Source of the DNA: Polyangia bacterium
GTDB lineage: Bacteria > Myxococcota_A > Polyangia > JAAYKL01
Assembly (NCBI GenBank): GCA_050287845.1
Contig: JBNKCR010000025.1
Span: 66,313-130,312 of the forward strand
Length of the DNA stretch: 64,000 nt
Reading direction: 5' to 3'
Shown piece after piece: positions 28,046 to 37,590 of the stretch; the first letter of the stretch is position 1; every line of letters starts with the position of its first letter. A program made the translations under genes and the position numbers. Below the pieces are notes generated by a model. It had not been told where the DNA came from, did not search any database, and saw nothing but the letters and a program-made list of their open reading frames with translations.

Positions 28046-30052
28046 TTACTCCATATATCCCAGGGCTTTGAGTTGTTCGCGGGCTTCGTCGCTGAGTTGA
28101 TTTTCGCTTTTACCGCCGCCTCTGGCAGAGTTGCCTGCGCCGCCGCCGCCGGTGCCGCCAATTTTCGGTGGGGCGTCCAGCCCGGGAAGCTTCAGGACGA
28201 GCTCCCAGTTTTTGAGCTCTGCTTCAATCTGCTTCAGTACCGTTGCCGAATTGGGGTCCTTTGCCAGGTCAGTCATTTCACCGGGGTCTTCGGCAAGGTC
28301 AAACAGGTGACTGGAGAATTTGCCATCGGCATAATGTCTGGCGAGTTTATAGTCGCCCACGCGATACACCCGATATCTTCCCCTGGGGTCCAGCAGTGGG
28401 CCAACACCGTTGGATGTGCCGGGTTTGAAGCGGCTGGAGAGCAATTTCTTTTCGAATCGTTCGGCCATCACCGGACGACCGAAGGGCGCGCTGCCCATCT
28501 GGCCTGGCTGCAGGGCGGGCATCAGCGATCCGTACTGCACGGTTCGGGGAAGTTTCAGACCGGTCAGTTCAAATACAGTGGCAAAAATCCCCAGTGTGGA
28601 TACCTCCTGGGCCACTCTTCTGCCGGCCGCGATTTTGCCGGGATAACGGAACATGAACGGTACGTGCAAATCTTCCTGATACACCGAGGTGAGATGCCCG
28701 AACATATCATGTTCTCCGGAATGCTCGCCATGGTCACCGACTACCACGAAAACTGTGTTGTCCAGGGTGCCGCGCTTTTTCCAGATGTCGATGATTTTGC
28801 CGAGCAGGTAGTCGGTGTACTTCACACCGCCATCATACAAATCCAGAATGATTTGATGAATCTGCTTTTTCTCGTCATCGGTGAGCAGTCGTCCCATCTG
28901 GGCGCCGAATGCCAGCTGACCGGCGGTTCGCAAATCAGAAAGCGATTTCCTGGTGTACGCGTCACGAAACTGGCTGGGCAACTGATGGAAGGGAAAGTGG
29001 GCTTCCAGGAAGTTCACAAAAATAAATGCGGGGGGGCCGTCCTTGGGTCGCTGGGCCATCCAGTCTGCCACATTCCCGGCCACGTTGGCGCCACCTTTGT
29101 CCTGGGCGGTATTCAGCCCCAGTGCATCGACCAGTCGATAAATAAACGTGAAACCGCGACCACCGGCGCCGGTAATCCAGGCGTTATCAGTCCAGCCAAA
29201 TCCCCGGGTGAGTCCGAATCCCGGTGTAATGTGGGGATTGGCGGTGAAGCAGCGGGTGTCATATCCCGCTTTGGCAAATGATTCGGCAATGGTGGGGATG
29301 TCTTCGCTCAGAAAATTGGTTTCCGCGTGGGCCCCATGGGCAGAGGGCAGCATCCCGGTGAACATGGATGCATGGGATGCCAGCGACCATGTGCCGGGAG
29401 CCATGGCATTTTCAAACAGGGTGCCTTCCTTTGCAAATTCATCAAAAATGGGCGTCGTCTTTCGTTCGTACCCATATGCCGACACATTATGGGCCCGCAC
29501 CGTATCCATCACCAGAAATACCACGTCCGGGGCGTCTTTGGGGGCATTCTGTTCTTTTTTCACCGACTTCATCTGATATCCGTCGCCCATTTCGTAGTTG
29601 ATGACAGGCACGGATAGCAGCACCGGTGGTAACAGCACGATGACCGCAATCACCGCCACGAAACGCCTGTGCCATATCCAGCGAAACAGAAAAAAGAATC
29701 CGGCGGCCAGAACCGGGGGCAAAAGCCACATGGCGGGTTTGCTGGGGTCTACCGCCACAAACAATTCCATGGCCAGCCAGACGAGCGCCAACGCCGCCGG
29801 ATGAAGCCATTTTCCCTTTGGTAACAGAAAAATGGGGGATAACAGCAGTCCCATCAGGACCGCCAGTGGGATTTCGTATATCAGGGTTTTGGCGGAAAAC
29901 CATGTGAGGGGGGGCATCCCCATGGACATGATAAGGATCATCCCCATAGCCAGGTGAACCATGCATACCGTATAGCCATATCCCGCGCCGCCGATGGCAC
30001 CGCGTTTCAGTACGTCGGTCAATTTTTTTCCCAGTTCTCTCTTTTCAGTCAT
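28046..30052 (-). CDS. Membrane-anchored sulfatase-like protein
   Basis: N-terminal TM helices; VMDTVRA, APGTWSLASHASMFTG, EAHFPF, GDHGE, FDLAEDPGE and LKALGY. Confidence 0.87.
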   Translation of the reverse strand: MTEKRELGKKLTDVLKRGAIGGAGYGYTVCMVHLAMGMILIMSMGMPPLTWFSAKTLIYEIPLAVLMGLLLSPIFLLPKGKWLHPAALALVWLAMELFVAVDPSKPAMWLLPPVLAAGFFFLFRWIWHRRFVAVIAVIVLLPPVLLSVPVINYEMGDGYQMKSVKKEQNAPKDAPDVVFLVMDTVRAHNVSAYGYERKTTPIFDEFAKEGTLFENAMAPGTWSLASHASMFTGMLPSAHGAHAETNFLSEDIPTIAESFAKAGYDTRCFTANPHITPGFGLTRGFGWTDNAWITGAGGRGFTFIYRLVDALGLNTAQDKGGANVAGNVADWMAQRPKDGPPAFIFVNFLEAHFPFHQLPSQFRDAYTRKSLSDLRTAGQLAFGAQMGRLLTDDEKKQIHQIILDLYDGGVKYTDYLLGKIIDIWKKRGTLDNTVFVVVGDHGEHSGEHDMFGHLTSVYQEDLHVPFMFRYPGKIAAGRRVAQEVSTLGIFATVFELTGLKLPRTVQYGSLMPALQPGQMGSAPFGRPVMAERFEKKLLSSRFKPGTSNGVGPLLDPRGRYRVYRVGDYKLARHYADGKFSSHLFDLAEDPGEMTDLAKDPNSATVLKQIEAELKNWELVLKLPGLDAPPKIGGTGGGGAGNSARGGGKSENQLSDEAREQLKALGYME

Positions 30053-30361
30053 AAGTCCTCTCCGTCACAATTTCTCTTTTCGCACAGGAACATCGGTTCT
30101 GACCCATTTTATAAGCATTCCACTTTCCATTATCATACCCGGGCAGCGGTCGCACATTTTTGTACTCTCCGTAACCGCGAACCACTGGAATGGGAAGGTA
30201 CTATCGTTTGATGATGTTTATATCGCCGAAAACCACGTGCCTATGTAAAGTCACCGAAGGGTCGAAATATTCCCGGTCAATCCGGTTGCACTCCTTTTGC
30301 CGGGTTTTTGAAGCGGGAGAGATTCCAGGGTAGAGTTCGTCAGAATCCAGTATGGACACCA

Positions 30362-31174
30362 ATGAAAAGGACGCCACGTATGGTAAAAAAAACGCAGCAG
30401 GGAACCTCACGTCCGGTGGTGACAACAGATTCCTCCCCGTTTCTATGCGCCCCGGTGGAGGTGGCTGATACAACCTATGAATTTTCACCCCGGTTCATTA
30501 ACAGTGATGGGCCTCAGTATATACAGCCCTGGAGTGGATATCATCCGGAATGTACCCTTGAAAACCCGGAGGCGTGCCACAGCGTCCCGGTGCAGAAAGC
30601 CAATATCAAGGCCAGCCACATATATGCCGGCATCGAGGTGGAGGGTGACGAATGGATGCGCATGGCCTGCGATGTAGCCCGGGCGTCCGTTGGTCGCAAG
30701 GGCGGTCCATTCGGCGCGGTGATGGTGCAGATTGACAACGACACCAACCGGATTCTGCGATACTGGTGCAATCAGAACCAGGTCACCACCATCAATGATC
30801 CCACTGCACATGCGGAGGTGATGACCATTCGCAGCGCCTGCGCCTCTCTGGGAGTATTCAACCTGGGCTGCATCCCCAAAGACCAATCAGAGCTGCCTCA
30901 GCCCGGCGCCACATCCCATTGTGTGATGTACAGCAGCACCGAACCCTGTCCCATGTGTTACGCGGCCATCTGCTGGGCCAATATTCCCATGCTGATGTTT
31001 GCGGCCACCCGGTTTGATGCGGCGGCACCGGGGGTTCACTTTTCAGATGAAGATATTTATCGGGAGCTGGCGCGCCCCTATGCTGAACGGAAGATGCGGG
31101 TGTACCAATGCACGGTGGACAATTCTCTCGATGCCTTCAATCTGTGGAAGCGATCTGAAAAGACGCCGTATTGA
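30362..31174 (+). CDS. Zn-dependent nucleoside/guanine deaminase (CDA fold) with N-terminal extension
   Basis: GGPFGAV, DPTAHAEV and STEPCPMCYAAICWA. Start uncertain. Confidence 0.85.
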   Translation: MKRTPRMVKKTQQGTSRPVVTTDSSPFLCAPVEVADTTYEFSPRFINSDGPQYIQPWSGYHPECTLENPEACHSVPVQKANIKASHIYAGIEVEGDEWMRMACDVARASVGRKGGPFGAVMVQIDNDTNRILRYWCNQNQVTTINDPTAHAEVMTIRSACASLGVFNLGCIPKDQSELPQPGATSHCVMYSSTEPCPMCYAAICWANIPMLMFAATRFDAAAPGVHFSDEDIYRELARPYAERKMRVYQCTVDNSLDAFNLWKRSEKTPY

Positions 31175-31415
31175 ATTTTGTTTTCTGATTCATCCCTTCG
31201 ATGGTACGCTACTCAGAATCACGAACAATCACATAAACCAGTTGCAGCCACCCTTCGTCGAAATCCAGCGAAAAGAAGCGGTCCTGACGAAGCGCGAGGG
31301 ATGGGGCACTGGCCAGTCGGGTGGGGCGGGACTATATTTACCCTCGGAATCACAGATGACTGGCGGGATTGAGAGAATAGTGGGTGAACCGTGTGATTCA
31401 ACACGGAGGTGTATC

Positions 31416-32546
31416 ATGAATAAGTGGATGTTTGCCATTGGGGCCATTGGGCTGATGTATGTAACGGGGATGGGATGTGGAAAAGGAAGTTCGGACAAGG
31501 CGGCGGGCACGGATTCCTCCGGGGATACGGCGACCGGAATTGACTCCAACATCGGCGGTGGGACCGAAACGGACACTGGAACCGGCAGTGACACGGATAC
31601 CGGCAGTGACACGGATACCGGCAGTGTCACGGATACCGGCAGTGTCACGGATACCGGCAGTGACACGGACACGGACACGGACACCGACACCGACACCGAC
31701 ACGGACACGGACACGGACACGGACACGGACACGGACACGGACACCGACACCGACACCGACACCGACACGGATACCGACAGCGATACGGCCGGGGCGGCGG
31801 ACTCCTGGGTATTTCTGCTTCTTGGGCAATCGAATATGTCGGGCACCAGTAATGAGTCCATCGCGTCACAGGATGTAAATACCGATTCCCGGATTCAGGT
31901 GCTCGCCTACGACAACTGTTCCAATCTGAATCGGGAATACAATGAGTGGTACACCGCCACGCCGCCGCTTCACGGGTGCTTTGAAGGTCTTGGGCCCGGG
32001 GACTATTTTGGACGAACCATGGCGGAGGCATTCCCCGATAAAAATATTCTGCTGGTGCCCTGCGCCATTTCCGGCATTTCCATTGACTGTTACGAAAAGG
32101 GCAATGACGATGATCCCTGCGATCCGTACGAGATTCCGCCGGATGACCCCAACACCGGTGGGTATCGCTGGATTCTGGAGCGGGCCAGACTGGCGCAGGA
32201 GTCCGGCGTGATTCGGGGAATTCTCTTCCACCAGGGGGAGACCGATACCGGTAATTCCCAGTGGGTGGGCAAGGTGCAAACACTGGTCGAAAATCTGAGA
32301 GCCGATCTCGAAATCGGTGATGTGCCGTTTATTGCGGGAGAACTGCTGTATAACGAAAACGGCGGCTGCTGCGGCACGTATCACAATCCACTGGTGAACG
32401 ATTTGCCAGACGAAATTTCAAATAGCTTTGTGGTGTCCGCAGAAGGACTCGAAGGTCAGGATGCCGCGCACTTTACCCACGCTTCCCGCCGCATTCAGGG
32501 AACCCGCTATGGGGAAATCATGATTCAGGCGTTGTCTGGCAAGTGA
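31416..32546 (+). CDS. Lipoprotein with DT linker and SGNH carbohydrate esterase (CE6/SASA-like)
   Basis: Lipobox GMGC; DT repeat; LLGQSNM, GILFHQGE and DAAHF. Confidence 0.88.
   Translation: MNKWMFAIGAIGLMYVTGMGCGKGSSDKAAGTDSSGDTATGIDSNIGGGTETDTGTGSDTDTGSDTDTGSVTDTGSVTDTGSDTDTDTDTDTDTDTDTDTDTDTDTDTDTDTDTDTDTDTDSDTAGAADSWVFLLLGQSNMSGTSNESIASQDVNTDSRIQVLAYDNCSNLNREYNEWYTATPPLHGCFEGLGPGDYFGRTMAEAFPDKNILLVPCAISGISIDCYEKGNDDDPCDPYEIPPDDPNTGGYRWILERARLAQESGVIRGILFHQGETDTGNSQWVGKVQTLVENLRADLEIGDVPFIAGELLYNENGGCCGTYHNPLVNDLPDEISNSFVVSAEGLEGQDAAHFTHASRRIQGTRYGEIMIQALSGK
31561..31787 (+). repeat. Coding (GSDTDT)n/(DT)n repeat
   Basis: 18-bp GGCAGTG(A/T)CACGGATACC units, then runs of GACACG/GACACC. 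Confidence 0.95.
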
Positions 32547-32598
32547 CTTTGCTTCGAAGGAGGGGCGATTGCATTGCCCGATTGTCCTGAGAGAACGA

Positions 32599-33342
32599 TC
32601 AATCGGGGTTGACGGTGAGGATGACTTCGGTTCCCGCAGCCACAATTGATTCGGCTTCGGGCTCCTGGGAGAGGATGATGTTGGTGTCGGCCCAATCCGA
32701 ATACTTCCATTTGAGTTTACCCACTTTAAGTCCGGCGTCCTGCAGGGTTTTTTTACCTTTGCCCACATACATGCCTTCCACCTTGGGAACGGTGATGCCT
32801 TTAGCCACAATCAAATCCACTGCGGAGCCCGGGTCGATGGCTTCCCCGGCCTTGGGCGCTGCCCCCATGACCGTACCCGGCTCGCCGGTGTCTGATTCGG
32901 TAATGGCGCCAACCTTGAATCCGACCTCGGTAATCAGCTGTTTCGCTTCGTCCAATTTCTTGCCCACCACATCGGGCACTGGTTTGGAATCGGGGCCGGT
33001 GGAGATGACCACAGACACCTCGCCGCCAATGTTGAGCACGGATTCTGCCAGCGGATCCTGGGCACAGATTTTTCCGGCAGGTACTTTGTTGTCGGAGCGT
33101 TCTTCCTGAACCACCAGACGCAGACCACGGGATTTGAGCACATCGGCCGCCACGGAGGTGGTGACGCCCACCAGGGACGGCGCTTCAATGGTTTCCGGTT
33201 CGGGAGGCGGGGCCTTCTCTTCTTCTGAACCCGGTAATCTCAAATTTCCTGTAAAGTACAGCATCCCGCCTGTGACAAGCGCGGACGTAAGTATCGCCGT
33301 AAAAAAGCTGACAGCAAAAATGCTGGAAACCGAATTTGACAT
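32599..33342 (-). CDS. Membrane-anchored protein with three PASTA domains
   Basis: N-terminal TM; APSLVG, VPDVVG and VPKVEG repeats with QDP/QEP...V.L.VS-like ends. Confidence 0.85.
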   Translation of the reverse strand: MSNSVSSIFAVSFFTAILTSALVTGGMLYFTGNLRLPGSEEEKAPPPEPETIEAPSLVGVTTSVAADVLKSRGLRLVVQEERSDNKVPAGKICAQDPLAESVLNIGGEVSVVISTGPDSKPVPDVVGKKLDEAKQLITEVGFKVGAITESDTGEPGTVMGAAPKAGEAIDPGSAVDLIVAKGITVPKVEGMYVGKGKKTLQDAGLKVGKLKWKYSDWADTNIILSQEPEAESIVAAGTEVILTVNPD

Positions 33343-33463
33343 ATGACATCTCCTCCGTTGGGTTGTTTTGCCCGGTAGAATGACATATTTCCTGGTCGGA
33401 ACAAAGCGGTTTTCATTTTACTGCTGCTGATTTTGCACCCGATTGAAACGAGGGATGAAATAT

Positions 33464-34120
33464 TTATTCCGGTCCGGCGGTGGTCAACCGCAGTCTGGCG
33501 GAATATCGGGCCATGTTATCCCGGTAGACGGTCCGCTGGTCCTCAATCACTACCCGCCCGGGCAGCATATTGGTGGTGACCGGTACACTGGTCAGGGTGT
33601 ATGTGGCGCCTCCGTTCCGGAGGAGTCTCTGCGCTCTGGCAATCCATTTGGCCGGTGGAAACACCGCCTGGGCGGTTGCACCGTCAAAATGCAGTTCCTT
33701 CAGTTCCCGATCCTGGGTGGCCAGTACCGTGGCGTTCAATTGAAAGGCATCGACCACCTGCCGGAGAAACGCCGCTCGTTTCTGGCGCGGCTCCACCAGA
33801 GTCAGCGCCATGTCCGGTTTCAGAATTCCCAGGGGCACAGCGGGCAACCCGCCGCCGGAGCCGATATCCACCAGTCTGCCGGTGGTGGTCATCACGGACA
33901 TCAGGGTCAGTGCGTCGAACAGGGGACCGGTAATAAACGCGGGAATATCTCTGGCGCCGGTAATATTGGCGCGGGGATTATGAGCCAGCACCATCTGGCT
34001 GTAGCGCTCGAGGGCCTCTATCTGGCCGCTCGAAGCAGATATTTCGAGACGAGAAAGAACCTGTTTCACCAGGGCAAGTGGCGCCGGCGTTCCCGGCGTC
34101 TGTGTCAACGAATCAGACAT
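33464..34120 (-). CDS. rsmG: 16S rRNA m7G527 methyltransferase
   Basis: NITGAR, LVDIGSGGGLPAVPL and LVEPRQKRAAFL. Confidence 0.82.
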   Translation of the reverse strand: MSDSLTQTPGTPAPLALVKQVLSRLEISASSGQIEALERYSQMVLAHNPRANITGARDIPAFITGPLFDALTLMSVMTTTGRLVDIGSGGGLPAVPLGILKPDMALTLVEPRQKRAAFLRQVVDAFQLNATVLATQDRELKELHFDGATAQAVFPPAKWIARAQRLLRNGGATYTLTSVPVTTNMLPGRVVIEDQRTVYRDNMARYSARLRLTTAGPE

Positions 34121-34197
34121 GGTGTATTCCCTTGCCAGTCCGACTTCGTTCCGGCAACCGTTTTTTGGATCCAACGTTTTTTTTTGGTTTTTCAGCG

Positions 34198-35298
34198 ATG
34201 GCCGGATACACTGAACGGGTGTTTAATCGCGATTCGCTCAAGGAGGTACAAGTGACACTGCAGCATCTCGTCCGCGAGGCATTCGGTCAGGAAACCAGCG
34301 TGGCCCTGCGCCAGGAAATGGAAAAAGGGGCATCCAGTCGCCGCTACTACCGGCTGACACTGAATGGGGCATCCCCGGCGGTTCCCGGCCGAATTGTGCA
34401 GATGGCGCTGCCGGATGATGCCATGAAAAGCGACGAGGCGTCCGCCAATGAGCTGTTTGATGAGCTGCCGTTCGTCAACGTGCAGCGGCACCTGAAAAAC
34501 GCAGGCCTGCCCGTTCCAGAGATATTTCTGGATGCCACAGCACACGGACATCTGTTGCTCGAAGATCTGGGCGAGCTCACATTTAACGCCAATCTCCAGG
34601 GAAAAGGGCCGGATGAGGTTCTGGCGTGGTATGAGGCGGCCGTGGATTTGCTCTCCACCATGCATGACACCATGTGGCCGGTGGCAGGCAACTGCTATGC
34701 GGGGCGGCGCTTCTTTGATTACGCGCTGCTTCGCCGGGAGCTGGATCATTTTCGGGAATGGGGAGTGGAGGCGCGTCTGGATTGCGTGTTGCCGCCCCGA
34801 ATCCGCGAGACCCTCGATGGGATATTCGATGTCTTTGCCGCAGAAATTGATCAGTTGCCCAGAGGGTTTGTGCACCGGGATTACCAGTCCAGAAATCTGA
34901 TGGTGACACACCATGTACCTTCTCCCGATAGCCTGGTCATCATTGACTTTCAGGATGCGCTCAGCGGTCCGCGCACCTACGACCTGGTGGCATTGCTCAA
35001 TGATTCCTACGTGGATTTGGGCACCGAAGTGCAGCAGCGACTCATCGAAAGATATGCGCGCAATCGGCGGCTGCCCGCGGATGAGATTCAGCGGGAGTTC
35101 GATTTGATTACAGTGCAGCGGAAACTGAAAGATGGGGGCCGCTTCATTTTTATTGACCGGGTAAAAGGAGATTCATCGTTTCTGCCGTTTGTGGACAAGT
35201 CGTTTTCCAGGGTGAAATCCGCGTTGTCGCGGATTGATGGGCATCGGGACCTGAAGGAAATTCTGGCCCGGGTGGCGCCGGAAAGCTTCGGGCGATGA
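34198..35298 (+). CDS. Aminoglycoside-phosphotransferase-fold kinase, AmgK-like
   Basis: GASSRRYYR, LLLEDLG, HRDYQSRNLM, IIDFQDALSGP.TYDLVALL and VQRKLK. Confidence 0.8.
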   Translation: MAGYTERVFNRDSLKEVQVTLQHLVREAFGQETSVALRQEMEKGASSRRYYRLTLNGASPAVPGRIVQMALPDDAMKSDEASANELFDELPFVNVQRHLKNAGLPVPEIFLDATAHGHLLLEDLGELTFNANLQGKGPDEVLAWYEAAVDLLSTMHDTMWPVAGNCYAGRRFFDYALLRRELDHFREWGVEARLDCVLPPRIRETLDGIFDVFAAEIDQLPRGFVHRDYQSRNLMVTHHVPSPDSLVIIDFQDALSGPRTYDLVALLNDSYVDLGTEVQQRLIERYARNRRLPADEIQREFDLITVQRKLKDGGRFIFIDRVKGDSSFLPFVDKSFSRVKSALSRIDGHRDLKEILARVAPESFGR

Positions 35299-35903
35299 AC
35301 GTCCCAGCCACAGTCCACCATATTCGGTGGATGGCAATTCTGCTCCTCTTCGGGCATCTGTGGACTTTCGGATGCAGCGCCGCGCCGGTTCCCGGGGAAC
35401 AGCGTCCGGACACCTGGGCGAAGCCGATAGAAATCAATGGCATCGCCAACACCTGGCAACTCACCGATACGCTCTTTCGCGGGGAACAGCCCACGGTGGA
35501 AGGGTTCCGGTCACTGCATCGGATGGGCATCCGAACCGTTGTCAATCTGAGGCGGTTGCACGATGACACCGATGAACTGAAAGAGGCCGGACTCGCGGGC
35601 AATATCAATCTGGTGCACATTCCCATGAATGCCTGGGATGTGTCCGAAGAAGAGATTGTGGCGTTTCTCCAAATCATCACCGACGACGCCCGGCATCCGG
35701 TTTTTTTTCACTGCAGGCACGGATCGGACCGCACAGGCACCATGGCGGCGGCCTATCGCATGGTAGTGGAGCACTGGACCGCCCCAAAAGCCATCGATGA
35801 AATGAAACACGGGGGATTCCGCTACCACACTATCTGGCGTGGCCTGCCCCGAACCCTTGAATCCCTCAACGTCCGGCGGGTGAGACAGCAACTGGGAAAA
35901 TGA
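35295..35903 (+). CDS. Exported protein-tyrosine/dual-specificity phosphatase family protein
   Basis: Lipobox-like TFGC; RGEQP and HCRHGSDRTG (CX5R). Confidence 0.85.
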   Translation: MNVPATVHHIRWMAILLLFGHLWTFGCSAAPVPGEQRPDTWAKPIEINGIANTWQLTDTLFRGEQPTVEGFRSLHRMGIRTVVNLRRLHDDTDELKEAGLAGNINLVHIPMNAWDVSEEEIVAFLQIITDDARHPVFFHCRHGSDRTGTMAAAYRMVVEHWTAPKAIDEMKHGGFRYHTIWRGLPRTLESLNVRRVRQQLGK

Positions 35904-36058
35904 CCGCCGGGTTCAGACGCACAATCCAGACACTGCAATAAGGTGCCATTGTTCGGATGGGCATCTCCGCAGAAGCGGTCCAACCCAAAGGATCGTATTC
36001 CCCGGTGGGGATGGTTCTTTTTTGACACATTTACGTTGTAAGATGATATATTTTTATT

Positions 36059-37537
36059 ATGTCACAGAAAAATTACAGTAATAAGCGAGAGGTTCGTCGG
36101 ATTCTTCTGGTCCAGCCCCCCATTCACCCGGATTCTCTGGTGCTGGGTCACATGGAACCGCTGGGGCTCGAAACCCTGGCGGCGGCGATTCCTGAAGAGA
36201 TTGAAATCCGCATTCTGGATCTGCGGGTCGAAGCGCAACGGCGCATTGACAGGGGGTTAACCGGGGAACTGCTGCGGTTTTCGCCGGACATGGTGGGGGT
36301 AACGGGTATCACCATCGATTTTCCCAAAGCGGTGGATGTGCTGCGTACCGTGCGGCGGGTGCTTCCCGGGGCGTTGACTGTGGCCGGAGGTCATCATGCC
36401 AGCGTGTGTCCGGAAGACTATTTTATTCCCGAAGTGGATTTCATTGTGCGGGGGTCCGGCGTACGGGCATTTCCGCTGCTCCTTGATGCCATTGTCAACG
36501 GTTCGGACTTTTCGGGTATTCAGGGGCTGGCCTTCCGCAAGGACGGTGAGTTCCACCCGGCATCGGATTTTGCCGAACCGGTGCAACTGGCCCGAACCCC
36601 GCTGCCGCGACGGGAACTGGTAGAGAGGTATCGAAAGAAATATTCTTTTTATGGAACCACCATGGGGTTGATTACCACTTCCCAGGGATGCCCCAATCGC
36701 TGCACATTCTGCGCCTGCTGGATTATCCTGAACGGCAAATACACCGCACGGCCGGTGGAAGATGTGGTAAAAGAGCTGGTATCAATTCCGGAAAAACACG
36801 TTTTTTTTGGCGATGACCATACTTTTGGCAACGTGAAGCGCGCCTACCATCTGTACGAAGCCATCCGCGACGCGGAGCTGGATAAAACCTTCGAAGCGTA
36901 TTCCCGGGCGGACACCATTGTGAACAACCCGGACCTGTTCAGAAAATGGGCGTCCATCGGCCTGACCGGTCTGACGGTGGGGTACGAAGCCCTGAACGAT
37001 GATTCACTTGATGTGTACAACAAGGAAGGTTCGGTGGAAATAAACCGAAAAGCCAATGACATTCTGCTGGCGTGTGGCATTACCAACTTTGCGCATTTTC
37101 TCATTCGGCCGGATTTCACCGGGACAGACTTTCAGGCCATTACGGATTATGGACGGGAGCTGGGCATCATTCATCCCATTTACGCGGTACTGACACCGTT
37201 GCCCGGCACCCCATTGCATCGTCAGTCGCCAGAGATTCATCCCGATATGCATCCGTACTACGACCTGGCCCACCCCCTGTTGCCGCGTAAGTTGTCTGCA
37301 CAATCCTTTTACAGAGAGTACCGCGCATTGTACGCCCGGAACTACTCTGTGGGCCGGCTGCTGACCGTGTGGAAAAGAAAACTGGTGAATCTGTTCACCG
37401 GCAAATACCGAAACACCCCAGCCAGACTCATGACGCCGAACCTCTTGTCCATTATCGTCACCAGATGGGTTCTGGCCAGGCAGTTTCGCAGAGGTTCAAA
37501 ACAGCTGAAAAAATTTATCGAACGGTGTGAGAGCTGA
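36059..37537 (+). CDS. Cobalamin-binding (class B) radical SAM protein
   Basis: EPLGLETLAA, AGGHHAS, SQGCPNRCTFC and LTPLPGT. Confidence 0.88.
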   Translation: MSQKNYSNKREVRRILLVQPPIHPDSLVLGHMEPLGLETLAAAIPEEIEIRILDLRVEAQRRIDRGLTGELLRFSPDMVGVTGITIDFPKAVDVLRTVRRVLPGALTVAGGHHASVCPEDYFIPEVDFIVRGSGVRAFPLLLDAIVNGSDFSGIQGLAFRKDGEFHPASDFAEPVQLARTPLPRRELVERYRKKYSFYGTTMGLITTSQGCPNRCTFCACWIILNGKYTARPVEDVVKELVSIPEKHVFFGDDHTFGNVKRAYHLYEAIRDAELDKTFEAYSRADTIVNNPDLFRKWASIGLTGLTVGYEALNDDSLDVYNKEGSVEINRKANDILLACGITNFAHFLIRPDFTGTDFQAITDYGRELGIIHPIYAVLTPLPGTPLHRQSPEIHPDMHPYYDLAHPLLPRKLSAQSFYREYRALYARNYSVGRLLTVWKRKLVNLFTGKYRNTPARLMTPNLLSIIVTRWVLARQFRRGSKQLKKFIERCES

Positions 37538-37590
37538 ATAACGCGAACTGCCGGAGTGCTTCATGGAAGCGAAAGGCACAGTTCGAAGGG

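Noticed and set aside
30999..31415. N-terminal extension of the 515-aa esterase ORF
   Set aside because: It overlaps the deaminase gene; a GGAGG RBS and lipoprotein signal support the start at 31416.
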